DNA from: Parcubacteria group bacterium Gr01-1014_8
GTDB taxonomy: Bacteria > Patescibacteriota > Minisyncoccia > Phycocordibacterales > UBA2100
Direction of reading: 5' to 3'
Assembly (NCBI GenBank): GCA_007376385.1
Contig: VMGC01000005.1
Location: forward strand, 64,001 to 128,000
Length of the DNA: 64,000 bases
This document shows, piece by piece, positions 35,276 to 44,681 of this stretch. Position 1 is the first letter of the stretch, and each line of letters opens with the position of its first letter. The notes below the pieces were generated by a model. The model was given only the letters and a program-made list of their open reading frames with translations. It ran no database searches and was not told where the DNA came from. The translations under genes were made by a program, and so were the position numbers.

Positions 35276-35785
35276 TCAGTTTCTCTTTATTGTTTGGTCG
35301 ATCATTTGTTTTGCTGTCCGCAGTGCTGTTTCTGCTTTCAGCGCAAGTCCAGGGTCATCGATAGTGCCGATTGCGGCATTTGCCGCGTCCCGCAAACTAG
35401 AAATATATGGCACTACAGCCTCCCTTTCTTTATCCGCATTTTGCTCCCTGAATGGGACAAGTCCATTCTCGATCAAGAGGGGGATGACGACCGATATTAG
35501 GTGCGCCCGAACCGTGTCAGGTGACACTTCTTTGTCCCACCGGTCGTATATTATCTTTCGCAATTCGTTTTCAGACACATCGTGCACCTCGTCAAAAAAA
35601 TCCCTATCTTTTCCCGTTAGTTCCATCTTGTTGGCCAATTCGGCGCCTATGTCTGAAATGAGCGAGCATATTCCTGTGAGCATGTCTTCGACGTCATCGC
35701 CTTCGGTTATTTCTGCGACGTCGTTCTTTATCTTGTCGTCGAACGGAAACACGCCGACGTTTCTAATTCCTCCTCTGTCCGTCAT
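35276..35785 (-). CDS. Hypothetical acidic protein
   Basis: 169 aa with protein-like composition. The opposite-strand ORF 35271..35897 is Ser-rich and low-complexity and was judged antisense. Confidence 0.4.
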   Translation of the reverse strand: MTDRGGIRNVGVFPFDDKIKNDVAEITEGDDVEDMLTGICSLISDIGAELANKMELTGKDRDFFDEVHDVSENELRKIIYDRWDKEVSPDTVRAHLISVVIPLLIENGLVPFREQNADKEREAVVPYISSLRDAANAAIGTIDDPGLALKAETALRTAKQMIDQTIKRN

Positions 35786-35811
35786 ATTGCAATTCTACAG
35801 TACAATGCGCC

Positions 35812-36264
35812 ATGATGGATCCGGATATCTCACCACAGGCAGAACCGGAAGCGACACCCGAAATCTCTGCAGAGGTCGCACCTGCGCCGGGTTCTGAACA
35901 AGTAATTCAAGAGACACAGTCTGCCCAGTCAGGGCCGGCGGAACCGGCTCCGCCGCCGCCGGCATCTGCATCTCCCGCACCCGAGACTCCTCTATCCGCC
36001 TCACTTCCGCTCATGCTCGGGCCTGCTCTCGCTATCAAAAACCTCGCACAGCAGGCGCTCGAAAAATTGCAATTCCGCAAAAAGGGCCGCCTCGACAAAA
36101 TCATCGAGCTTGCGAGAAGGAAGGGGAGCATCGTCAATAATGATGTGGAGATGCTCCTCAAAGTCTCGGACGCGACAGCCAGCCGCTATCTTGCAGAGCT
36201 CGTCAAACAGGGCACATTACGGCAAAAGGGTGTCCGCGCAGGCACGACCTACGAACCAGCGTGA
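35812..36264 (+). CDS. Hypothetical protein with disordered Pro/Ala-rich N-terminus and C-terminal winged-helix-like domain
   Basis: C-terminal ..IIELARRKGSIVNNDVEMLLKVSDATASRYLAELVKQGTLRQKG.. resembles an HTH/wHTH. Confidence 0.45.
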   Translation: MMDPDISPQAEPEATPEISAEVAPAPGSEQVIQETQSAQSGPAEPAPPPPASASPAPETPLSASLPLMLGPALAIKNLAQQALEKLQFRKKGRLDKIIELARRKGSIVNNDVEMLLKVSDATASRYLAELVKQGTLRQKGVRAGTTYEPA

Positions 36265-36367
36265 GCGACCAATTTCTCTTCGCGATATTCCGCGTTAGAG
36301 AAATGTGAGTGCCCGTGCGGTGCCAAGCCTTGGCTCAAACGGCGCCATTTGAGCCAAACGCCGGAAG

Positions 36368-37012
36368 GTGTATCCTATGGCAACTATGACAAAAATTCTC
36401 ATCGCTGGCGTCGTTGTTGTTCTTGTAGCGATCGCAGGCTTATTTCTTTGGCAGACATACTTGAAAAAGCCAGAAGCCGCGCCAGTTACGCTTCCTGAAG
36501 AAGTGAAGCCAGTCCAAACAACCGATACATATGCATCCTCGACGCTCGGCATTTCAATAACCTATCCCAAGGGCTACACGGTGAACGAAGCATACGCGTA
36601 CGACCAGGTCAGCCCGACGAAGCTCATTCACGGCGTGAAGTTCGTTGTCCCGGAAACTGCGTTTGCCGGCACGAATCTCTCCGTAAGCGATACAGGTGTT
36701 TCAATCGAATGGCTTCCGCGGGCAAAAAAATGCACAGGAGATATCTATCTACCCGGCAACGTTGTCGCGCTCTCATTTGCGGATGGCGGCACAGCGTACT
36801 CGGTTGCAACATCGTCCGGCGCTGCTGCGGGGAATTTCTACGAGGAGAAGGTGTATGCAATCGCTTCAAGCTCGCCCTGCACCGCAGTGCGTTATTTCCT
36901 GCACTCGTCAAACATCGGTAACTACGCGACTGGCACCGCCCACGAATTCGACCGCGCGGCACTCCTCAGCGATTTCGACAAAATCCGCCAGTCACTCAAG
37001 ATCTCGAGGTAG
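36368..37012 (+). CDS. Hypothetical membrane-anchored secreted protein
   Basis: N-terminal TM anchor (ILIAGVVVVLVAIAGLFLW) and a beta-rich extracytoplasmic domain. Confidence 0.5.
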   Translation: MYPMATMTKILIAGVVVVLVAIAGLFLWQTYLKKPEAAPVTLPEEVKPVQTTDTYASSTLGISITYPKGYTVNEAYAYDQVSPTKLIHGVKFVVPETAFAGTNLSVSDTGVSIEWLPRAKKCTGDIYLPGNVVALSFADGGTAYSVATSSGAAAGNFYEEKVYAIASSSPCTAVRYFLHSSNIGNYATGTAHEFDRAALLSDFDKIRQSLKISR

Positions 37013-37053
37013 GGAAGTCAGGCCTGGATTGAACCAAAACGGTAATCGCCTAC

Positions 37054-38136
37054 CTACAGTAATCCGCTCAGCGCATCCTGATACGTCTGCACGCATTGCT
37101 TTTTCAGAGTTTCTTTGAATCTTGGTATCTGCGTCGCGAGTTCCGGGTAGTACACGAGCAGCTTGTCAGCAAATATTTCCAGTGAGTGCAGGGCACTCTC
37201 GTGGTCGAAGAGAAGTATTTCCGGTGGAATTGCGCCCGGTCCGAATTCTTGTGCGGTGTCGTGGTCCACAATACTGCAATCCAACGTGACGTTGTGGGTC
37301 GAGAGAGTCTTGTGCGCAATTCCCGCGCGATGCATTTTCCCGACACCCTGTCCCAGTTCTTCAGCGAACCATTGCGCGTACTCTCGGACATTTGTCACGG
37401 TCTCGTTCTCCATATTGATAAAATCGATCGCATCCTCGATATCTTCCCTGCCTTCAATGTCTTGCACGCGCGTCTTTATGCCATAGGCGCGTATTTCCAG
37501 GGCCGGCTCGAAGTTTTCAGGCAATATCCCATGCTTTCGGATTTGCGTATCGCCCCTTGGTATCTCGTCAACAGGCACAAGCTTCATACTTCCATCTTCC
37601 TGTCGTATTCCCACTTCTTTCAGCTGCAGGACGCCAAGACATCGGTGCGTACGTATGCCCAGCTCAGCAAACTTTTCTGCCATGTTGGCGTCGTACTCTG
37701 CCCACTTTTTATCAAGCAGGCCATCAACATCTTGAACGTCGCTTCCAGCCCGTGCTTCCCAGGGGAGTATGTCGCCGGTGCGGCGCGAAAGATGCACAAG
37801 TCCTTTGATATCGATGTCGCGATAGATGCGTCCCGTGCTGTCGGTGATGTATGCCTCGCCCACATCGCCGCTTCTCCTGTGACGTTCGCGTTTGCCGACG
37901 CGAAGACCAGGCAGCGTTTCGCCGTGCATTGTCTCTGCAAACTTTACGATGATTCCCAGCGGACTTCGCTCGCCCTTTTTGACGGGAAGGGGAGAATTCA
38001 TTTTGCTCGGGTCCGGTTCCCACGTACATTCATTGTCTGCCTGCACTGTCTGCATCTCAATTCGTCGGTCCCTCATGCCGGTGAGAATAAGCGCTCCGCC
38101 TGTGGTTTGTTGTTTATGTGGGTTCGGCTCTGTCAT
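37054..38136 (-). CDS. Hypothetical protein (possible atypical kinase-like fold)
   Basis: 360 aa with protein-like composition. ..HRAGIAHKTLSTHNVTLD.. loosely resembles a degenerate kinase catalytic loop. The opposite-strand ORF 37186..38250 is Cys/His/Phe-rich and was judged antisense. Confidence 0.4.
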   Translation of the reverse strand: MTEPNPHKQQTTGGALILTGMRDRRIEMQTVQADNECTWEPDPSKMNSPLPVKKGERSPLGIIVKFAETMHGETLPGLRVGKRERHRRSGDVGEAYITDSTGRIYRDIDIKGLVHLSRRTGDILPWEARAGSDVQDVDGLLDKKWAEYDANMAEKFAELGIRTHRCLGVLQLKEVGIRQEDGSMKLVPVDEIPRGDTQIRKHGILPENFEPALEIRAYGIKTRVQDIEGREDIEDAIDFINMENETVTNVREYAQWFAEELGQGVGKMHRAGIAHKTLSTHNVTLDCSIVDHDTAQEFGPGAIPPEILLFDHESALHSLEIFADKLLVYYPELATQIPRFKETLKKQCVQTYQDALSGLL

Positions 38137-38379
38137 GTGCCTCTAGTATCGCGCTTTTTCATGAGGCATCCAAGGTGTATTCTGTGCAAATGGATCTCGC
38201 CGAAGTACTCCGAACAATACTCGCATTCCTACTTCAACTTGCAGAGTTGATCGTCACGTTCATTATCGCCGCCCTCCGTCTATTCCTCGATTTCTTCGGG
38301 ACGTTAGTCGGGTCGGTGTAGTGGAATTGACTTGCTAGCAGGTACGTCTTGCTCCGTTTTGAGACTGGGCGTAGTCTGA

Positions 38380-39237
38380 ATGGATATGAAAACAGCACTT
38401 ATTGTTAGTATTGCACTATTCACGCTATCAATTGGGGGAATCGCGCAAGCGCAATCGTCCACAGCGTTGGAAGTTAGTGCGCAGGTGTCGGCAACGACGT
38501 CGGACAATGGCAAGGGCAAGGGCGCTGAAATGAGCGCGGGGGCTTCGGCAAACGCATCCGCGACAGGGACGGCTCACAAAGCAGACCCTGAAGAAAAAAA
38601 GGGCGAGGAAGGGCGTGGCGATGAGATGCGCTCGGCGACAGCAACGGCAATGACAGCGGAAAAAGGCGGCAGGGAAGACGACGATGACAGCGGACAGGAA
38701 AAAGATAAAGATGATTCTCCCGATCCCATGAAGGGCGGCGTGCATGTCGCTGCGGGCGATGTTGATGGTCTCACCGAAGACGAGAAGGAGGCATTCCTCG
38801 CACGCGTTAAAACGCACGCACAGGTAAAATCAGGTCAGGACTTGGAGAACTTTGCGAAGGGAATCCTCATTAAAGATGACAACGTCGAAGAACTTTCCTC
38901 GGACGAAGACAGCGTCGAGGTGCGCTACCGCGTGCCGGCGAAATTCCTCGGGCTTTTCGAGACGACGCTTCCTATCGAAGTAGTGGCAGAAAAAGCGCAG
39001 GGCGAGCTTGGCGGTGGCGTAAAAGTGAAATTCCCGTGGTTCCGCTTCCTCTTTGGCATTCCAGACGATGTCTCGCAGTCGTCGCTTGAAACGTCGGTTG
39101 GTGCAGCGGTCATCGGCGATTTGGATCGCGATGGCGTTCTTGATGTCGCCCTCACTGCGCGCCTCTACAACGCGATATCCAACATCCTCAAGACCAAGCA
39201 CGATACTGCAAAGAATTCGATTGGGAACATCCGCTAG
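38380..39237 (+). CDS. Hypothetical secreted protein (acidic, low-complexity N-terminal half)
   Basis: Signal peptide MKTALIVSIALFTLSIGGIAQA, an acidic Gly/Asp/Glu-rich linker and a structured C-terminal domain. Confidence 0.5.
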   Translation: MDMKTALIVSIALFTLSIGGIAQAQSSTALEVSAQVSATTSDNGKGKGAEMSAGASANASATGTAHKADPEEKKGEEGRGDEMRSATATAMTAEKGGREDDDDSGQEKDKDDSPDPMKGGVHVAAGDVDGLTEDEKEAFLARVKTHAQVKSGQDLENFAKGILIKDDNVEELSSDEDSVEVRYRVPAKFLGLFETTLPIEVVAEKAQGELGGGVKVKFPWFRFLFGIPDDVSQSSLETSVGAAVIGDLDRDGVLDVALTARLYNAISNILKTKHDTAKNSIGNIR

Positions 39238-39291
39238 TTCCCCTGCCGAGTCGGTGTAATTGCACGGCTTTCTAGGTGCTATAATCTCGGC

Positions 39292-39804
39292 ATGAGCGGA
39301 CCAGATGACATGCAAGGAGCCGTGACGCGCCGAAATGTGCTGAAAGCGGCTGCAGCGCTTGGCGCGATGGCAGCAGCACCGCTGCTGTTTGCCACAATCG
39401 CCGACGCGCGCGATTGCGAAGGGAAGCGGTGCGGGAATTGGCATATGAAGCCTTCTCCCGAACGTCGCGAAAATCCGGAGGAGGTCAAAAAGTTCAAAGA
39501 GGACATGAATACCGTTGTGAGCGAATACAAGAATATCCAGGAACTGCTAAACGACATACTGACGCATCACAAACTTGACCCAAAGCGCTTCACAATAACG
39601 ATGTCGCCGCCTGGTCGCGCAATTGAGATAGCTATATCGGAAAACGGCAAATCCGTCGGCAGTTTCGGCTTGAGTACCATGCAGCTAAGGAGCGCATACG
39701 GCGTTGATTCCGGTATCCCACCTGAACAACTCATCAACAAGAAAGGATTTCAGACGCTATTTTTCAAGCATTTACAGGAGCTCCGTCTCATGGAGAGTAA
39801 ATAG
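39292..39804 (+). CDS. Hypothetical Tat-signal secreted protein
   Basis: Twin-arginine motif TRRNVLKAAAALGAMAAAPLLFA. Confidence 0.5.
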   Translation: MSGPDDMQGAVTRRNVLKAAAALGAMAAAPLLFATIADARDCEGKRCGNWHMKPSPERRENPEEVKKFKEDMNTVVSEYKNIQELLNDILTHHKLDPKRFTITMSPPGRAIEIAISENGKSVGSFGLSTMQLRSAYGVDSGIPPEQLINKKGFQTLFFKHLQELRLMESK

Positions 39805-39856
39805 AGCACTCAGTCGGACAGTCATTGTGGCGTGGTATTCTAGTCATATTATCGAT

Positions 39857-40960
39857 ATGGATTCAGGCAACCAGACTCCGCCGCACAAGCACATACCCTG
39901 GCTGACGCTTGCGCTCGCCCTGCTCGCGGTCATCTCATACATCTATATGTCGGCGTATCCGCGCGTCATGATGCAGAACTACGCGGTCTCAAGTTCCGAA
40001 GCGGTCATCCCGAAAGGCATTCAAGTTGGCGGCGCTCCGGGTGTCCCCGATGCGCCTGCGATGATGGAATCAGTTGACATGATGCAATCAGGCGGCACAA
40101 GTGCCCAAAACGCCGTGATGCGTGCACCGGATTACTATCCGTATCCCAAGCCGTATTACCCCGGGACGCCGGACATTACCGACACGCGGGAATTTCTAAA
40201 GAAGGACTACGGCGCAGAAATGAAGACGCGTGACGTGTTGGAATTGACCAAGCGCGTGGAAACAACGGTCCGCGGCTATGACGGCCGGGTGGATCAGATA
40301 TCGAGCTCGCCCAAATACGGTTCGGTAAGCTTTGTCATCCCGGCGTCGAAATTTGATGCATTTCGCGACGAGATAGAAACTCTTGTCGGTCCGAAATTTC
40401 TTACCGTAAATATTCACTCTGAAAACCTTCTCTCGCAGAAGCAGGGAATCGAAGGACAGCAGAAACAAGTCGAGACTTCTCTTGCAGACCTGGAGAGCAA
40501 CCGGGCCAAGCTTGTTGCGGCTCACAAGAGTACGCTCGCATTCCTGAACTCCGAACTCGACGATGTCGAGACGGAAATCACCGCGCTCGAAAACATGCCG
40601 CCAATGGGTACCGAACAATGGATGCAAGTTAGTGCGCGTCTGCAGGTGTTACGGGCCGAGCAGAGCTCGTTGAATACTCGTATTGCGAATGAAAACAGTT
40701 CATACAAGTATCAGCTTGATACGGTAGATGCGCAGATAAAATATGCGAAGCAAAATCTGGATTCAGTGAAGGAACAGGACCAGAACTTGCTCGACAACGT
40801 TGCGACGGTCAGCGGGAACATCTCCGTAGTCTGGATAAGCGCGGCGGACATCGTGCAGCTCTTTTTCCCCGGAAACACGATCCCTGGCTTCTTGATCTTC
40901 TTGGCGGCGCTCTCATTCCTCTGGCATCATTTCCGCCCGCGAAAGGCGATACAGCACTAA
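39857..40960 (+). CDS. Hypothetical membrane-anchored coiled-coil protein (DUF4349-like)
   Basis: N-terminal TM anchor, a long coiled-coil, ..YGSVSFVIPASKFD.. and a C-terminal TM helix. Start placed at the internal Met to avoid overlap with the preceding gene. Confidence 0.5.
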   Translation: MDSGNQTPPHKHIPWLTLALALLAVISYIYMSAYPRVMMQNYAVSSSEAVIPKGIQVGGAPGVPDAPAMMESVDMMQSGGTSAQNAVMRAPDYYPYPKPYYPGTPDITDTREFLKKDYGAEMKTRDVLELTKRVETTVRGYDGRVDQISSSPKYGSVSFVIPASKFDAFRDEIETLVGPKFLTVNIHSENLLSQKQGIEGQQKQVETSLADLESNRAKLVAAHKSTLAFLNSELDDVETEITALENMPPMGTEQWMQVSARLQVLRAEQSSLNTRIANENSSYKYQLDTVDAQIKYAKQNLDSVKEQDQNLLDNVATVSGNISVVWISAADIVQLFFPGNTIPGFLIFLAALSFLWHHFRPRKAIQH

Positions 40961-41049
40961 GCCGCTTTCTCGAGTTCTTCCCTTCAAAGGGGACCGGGCA
41001 AACACCGAAGCTGAAGGCTAACTCTGCCCGAATTTCCAAAAAGAAGGAT

Positions 41050-42861
41050 TTGTGGGATGATGCGCTGATGGATTTTGGTCGCAAGTCAATAGGGGACATG
41101 CTAAACGGGATGGCTCGGTACCGAGTCCCAAAATACCAGCGCTCCTTTACCTGGGGTACAAACCAAGTCTCAGATTTTTGGAGAGACCTTTGTGAAGCAG
41201 ATGAGAGAGAAGGATTCTTTCTCGGGACCATGATATTGCATAAGGATAGAGAGGGGGTAGAGGTGGAAAATCTCAAGAATATTGTTGATGGACAACAGAG
41301 AATGACCGCCGCAAGTTTATTATTGCTCGCATGCAGGAATCACTCGTCAAGAAGGAACCGAGACAGGGCTGCTGCACTTGATCAAACTCTGATGTTTCGT
41401 GATATCGCTACTGGAAGAGCGGAAACGCTCAGACTTGAGGTCGCTCCAGACATTCTAGATGCTTTTCGTCACATGGTGACTGCTAGGCAGTGGGATGAAC
41501 AAACTTTTCCAGACGAAGTAGATGGCCGAGTCGCCAGACGAATAAAGTCTATTTATAAGTATTTCAAGCAGCAGGTAGACGAACTATCAGATGCAGAGCT
41601 CTCGTCCTTACTTAATAAATTGTTGAATTCATACTTTCTTGTGATAGAAATTGAAGATATCACACAGGCTTTTGAGCTTTTTGAACGAACAAATGCGCGA
41701 GGAACTCCGCTGAATGCAGGAGAGTTGCTCAAGAACAGACTGTTTGCAGAGGCGCAGGAGAAAGAAATTGTAGAAGGCGAATGGGAGGAGATTGTTTCTA
41801 ACTCTAATGGGATGCTACTGCGAATGTTGAAGTATTTTGCAGCTCTTAAGCACGGGCAAGAAACGGGTCGGACGGTTTTGTATCGACATCTGCGTGGTCA
41901 AGTTGAATCGGACACACCGAGCCAGTTCATCCACGATTTGAGCGCTTTCTCTTCATATTTTGGAAAGTTCTTGGACAACAAACTTCAAGCCGCACCATTT
42001 ATTGATCGAAATTCTGATAAGTCATTCGAATTTCTCTTCATTGATGAGATTGCTTTTAAAAAGTTTGGTCGCAGCATGAGTGCGATATCTCTTTTTGGTG
42101 TCTACATTGTCCTTCCCGTTGTTTTCGCTGGCCTAAAAGGGCTATCGAAATTGAAAGACAAAAGCGGATTTAGACCCGCGTTGAAAGATTTTCTAAATCT
42201 TCTAGGTACGATGGAGTGTTTCCATTTTATCAATAATCAGATATGTACACGTCCCTCGAATCGTGCCGAGTCACTATATGCAAGTAAAACAAATGTGTTG
42301 GCGACAGCGGAGACATGCGCACAGTTCAGAGAGGTAATAAAGCAGATATCAAAAGGACTCAAGGAGATAAAGGTCGCTAATAAGGAAGAGTTCCTACTTA
42401 ATTTTACTGGACTTTCATATACGAGTCCTGCAAGCGATAAGCCTCTCTTTGCATACGTCTTTGATAGATTTGAATCCTCTCCATTCGCGTCAGCAGCACC
42501 TGTAACCATATTTGATCCGTCAGCTAATTACAGCCTGAACCGCGTATTCGAAGTTGAACACATTACCCCTCGAGCAATGTGGGGCAATTTATATCCGGAA
42601 GATGATTTGGTCAACAATATCGGTAATTTACTCATCCTAACGCAGGAGACTAATAGGCTTGTAGATACCAAACCATTGCCGGATAAGATTCGAATAATGA
42701 AGGAACGAGGCTACGACAATTTAAGTACCGTTCAACAATTTTCTAAAAAGTTCGAGGATAAGGAACTCAAGTGGTTACGTCCGACAGACATAACAGAGCG
42801 ATCTGTCGCAATGGCAGCTCAAGGCTACAGTGATATTTGGGATCCATGGCCGAATGATTGA
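41050..42861 (+). CDS. DUF262/DUF1524 (GmrSD-like) modification-dependent type IV restriction endonuclease
   Basis: N-terminal DUF262 motifs (..RYRVPKYQRSFTW.., IVDGQQRMTA). C-terminal DUF1524 His-Me finger (EVEHITPRAMW....NIGNLLILTQETN). Confidence 0.75.
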   Translation: MWDDALMDFGRKSIGDMLNGMARYRVPKYQRSFTWGTNQVSDFWRDLCEADEREGFFLGTMILHKDREGVEVENLKNIVDGQQRMTAASLLLLACRNHSSRRNRDRAAALDQTLMFRDIATGRAETLRLEVAPDILDAFRHMVTARQWDEQTFPDEVDGRVARRIKSIYKYFKQQVDELSDAELSSLLNKLLNSYFLVIEIEDITQAFELFERTNARGTPLNAGELLKNRLFAEAQEKEIVEGEWEEIVSNSNGMLLRMLKYFAALKHGQETGRTVLYRHLRGQVESDTPSQFIHDLSAFSSYFGKFLDNKLQAAPFIDRNSDKSFEFLFIDEIAFKKFGRSMSAISLFGVYIVLPVVFAGLKGLSKLKDKSGFRPALKDFLNLLGTMECFHFINNQICTRPSNRAESLYASKTNVLATAETCAQFREVIKQISKGLKEIKVANKEEFLLNFTGLSYTSPASDKPLFAYVFDRFESSPFASAAPVTIFDPSANYSLNRVFEVEHITPRAMWGNLYPEDDLVNNIGNLLILTQETNRLVDTKPLPDKIRIMKERGYDNLSTVQQFSKKFEDKELKWLRPTDITERSVAMAAQGYSDIWDPWPND

Positions 42862-43321
42862 TGCAGCATTAATCAAACAGAAGACAAGGTACTTACGGGA
42901 CGGCCGGGCCCCGATTCCGAAAAGTGAAAAAATCTCTCGCACGATGAGTGCGATAAGAGCAAAGAACACGAAGCCCGAGTTACTTGTTCGCAAGGTTTTC
43001 CGAAAAGTAGGAATACGCGGATATCGATTGCATTGGAATAAAGTAGCCGGACGACCGGATATTGTGTTCCCTAAGAAAAAAGTCGCTGTGTTTGTTCACG
43101 GCTGTTACTGGCACGGATGTCCACATTGCAAACTTACACTCCCGAAAACGCATCGAGCATTTTGGCGTGCAAAGTTCAAGAGAAACAAGGAAAGAGACGC
43201 TCATAAGACAAAAGACCTGCGGAAATTAGGATGGCGTGTACTTACCGTGTGGGAGCACCAAATAAAGAAAGATGCGGATCAAATCGCTGCACGCGTCGTG
43301 AAGGCTCTTCGTGACGCTTGA
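42854..43321 (+). CDS. vsr: Very-short-patch-repair endonuclease
   Basis: ..SRTMSAIRAKNTKPE..GRPDIVFPKKKVAVFVHGCYWHGC..WEHQIKKD.., the Vsr catalytic core. Start codon uncertain (42854 or 42944). Confidence 0.85.
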   Translation: MIDAALIKQKTRYLRDGRAPIPKSEKISRTMSAIRAKNTKPELLVRKVFRKVGIRGYRLHWNKVAGRPDIVFPKKKVAVFVHGCYWHGCPHCKLTLPKTHRAFWRAKFKRNKERDAHKTKDLRKLGWRVLTVWEHQIKKDADQIAARVVKALRDA

Positions 43322-44648
43322 TGCTCTGCAAAAGTGCACGGCCTATTTCTTCAATGATTCCGACGACAAGTGCGTTACCCATGAAGAACGCTCGTTTTAC
43401 GTCGGAAATGTCGTCATATGCGGTATGGCGAGCAGGGAATTGGCATAATAACTCTAACTCTGTTGGGGTAAGTCGGCGGTATTTTCCGGACTTTGTTTTT
43501 ACAACATGCTTGAATCGCGAGGGTGCGGGCCCTCCCTCTCCTGTAATTATCGTGCGGGAAGGTTTATCCAAAGCATCCGGAAAAGTCATTGGACCCTCTG
43601 CGTAGTGATAAGTGAATCCATCTGTCCCATGGCGCTCTTCCTTTTTAGCACCCTTGAGATATTTCCACTCTTTTAGTGAGCCGTTGATAAAATATTCTTC
43701 GGCGACTTTGTGTTCCGGAAGTAGAATATCACCGAGAGTAATGAAAGGGCCACCGTATTTTGGAGTTACGCGAGCGGTTGTGATCCGACCGTCACTCATG
43801 ACCCCAGCATTCGCAAAATCTATATCGTCCGGGAACAATTGTTCAAAGTCTCTCGTTATTCTGACGGGATCATCAGCGACATCGTGTCTCGCGAATCTTG
43901 AAATTTCATCTTCGACTGCGAGTCGTTGCGCGAAAACTCCTTCTTTTGTCAGCCAATTGATCGCGTCAGTCGAACGTAGCGCATTTGCAATACCGGTTCC
44001 ATTCTTGAACGCGAGAATAAAGATCCGGCGCCTGCGCTGTGGTTTTCCGTAATCAGCTGCATTGATAACGCGCCATTCGACGACATATCCGAGGTTTGCG
44101 AGCGAAGCGAGCATGATCGCAAAATCACGACCGCGGGCAGATGCTGGGGACTTTAATAATCGGTCAACGTTCTCTAGGAACACATAGGGAGCAGAGTCCT
44201 TGTGTCCTTTTTCTTGAAGAATGCGATAGATCTGCCACCAGAGAACGCCTTTCTTTCCCTGGAGTCCCGCAGCTTGGCTCAACGTTCGTGCAACCGAATA
44301 ATCCTGACAAGGAAATCCTCCGACAAGAACATGATGGTCCGGGATGTCACCTGTTGCGACGGTCGCGATATCTTGATTACTGTGTCCTTTGCTGCCAAAA
44401 CGTGCCCGGTACACCTCGGATGCGTGCTGGCGTTTCGTTGATGGCTCCCACTGATTACTCCAGATGGTCTCGAATTTCAGACCTGCTCTCGCCGCTTCCT
44501 TTTTTGATGCTTGGTCGAGTCCGAGACGAAATCCTCCCACCCCTGCGAACAATTCAATGACCTTAAGTGGCACCGCTTGTCGATCGTCTTTTTTGAGCGT
44601 ATGTTTGGCTAGTTTCCCCATAGCTAAATCGTACCAAGGAATATCCAT
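43242..44648 (-). CDS. dcm: DNA (cytosine-5)-methyltransferase
   Basis: Motif I ELFAGVGGFRLG, motif IV GGFPCQDYS, motif VI FLENV, plus a target-recognition domain. Overlaps vsr at its 3' end (convergent). Confidence 0.9.
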   Translation of the reverse strand: MDIPWYDLAMGKLAKHTLKKDDRQAVPLKVIELFAGVGGFRLGLDQASKKEAARAGLKFETIWSNQWEPSTKRQHASEVYRARFGSKGHSNQDIATVATGDIPDHHVLVGGFPCQDYSVARTLSQAAGLQGKKGVLWWQIYRILQEKGHKDSAPYVFLENVDRLLKSPASARGRDFAIMLASLANLGYVVEWRVINAADYGKPQRRRRIFILAFKNGTGIANALRSTDAINWLTKEGVFAQRLAVEDEISRFARHDVADDPVRITRDFEQLFPDDIDFANAGVMSDGRITTARVTPKYGGPFITLGDILLPEHKVAEEYFINGSLKEWKYLKGAKKEERHGTDGFTYHYAEGPMTFPDALDKPSRTIITGEGGPAPSRFKHVVKTKSGKYRRLTPTELELLCQFPARHTAYDDISDVKRAFFMGNALVVGIIEEIGRALLQSIKRHEEPSRRVQRFDPHLSLFGAPTR

Positions 44649-44681
44649 TTGATCAAGATCGAGTTATCCACTGTCTGCCAT

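Noticed and set aside
35271-35897. 208-aa plus-strand Ser-rich ORF
   Set aside because: It is antisense to the 35276-35785 ORF. Its extreme Ser/low-complexity composition and lack of a start context make the minus-strand acidic protein more plausible, though neither has homology support.
37186-38250. 354-aa plus-strand ORF opposite the 360-aa minus-strand ORF
   Set aside because: Its Cys/His/Phe/Arg-rich composition is typical of antisense frames. The minus-strand ORF has balanced, protein-like composition.
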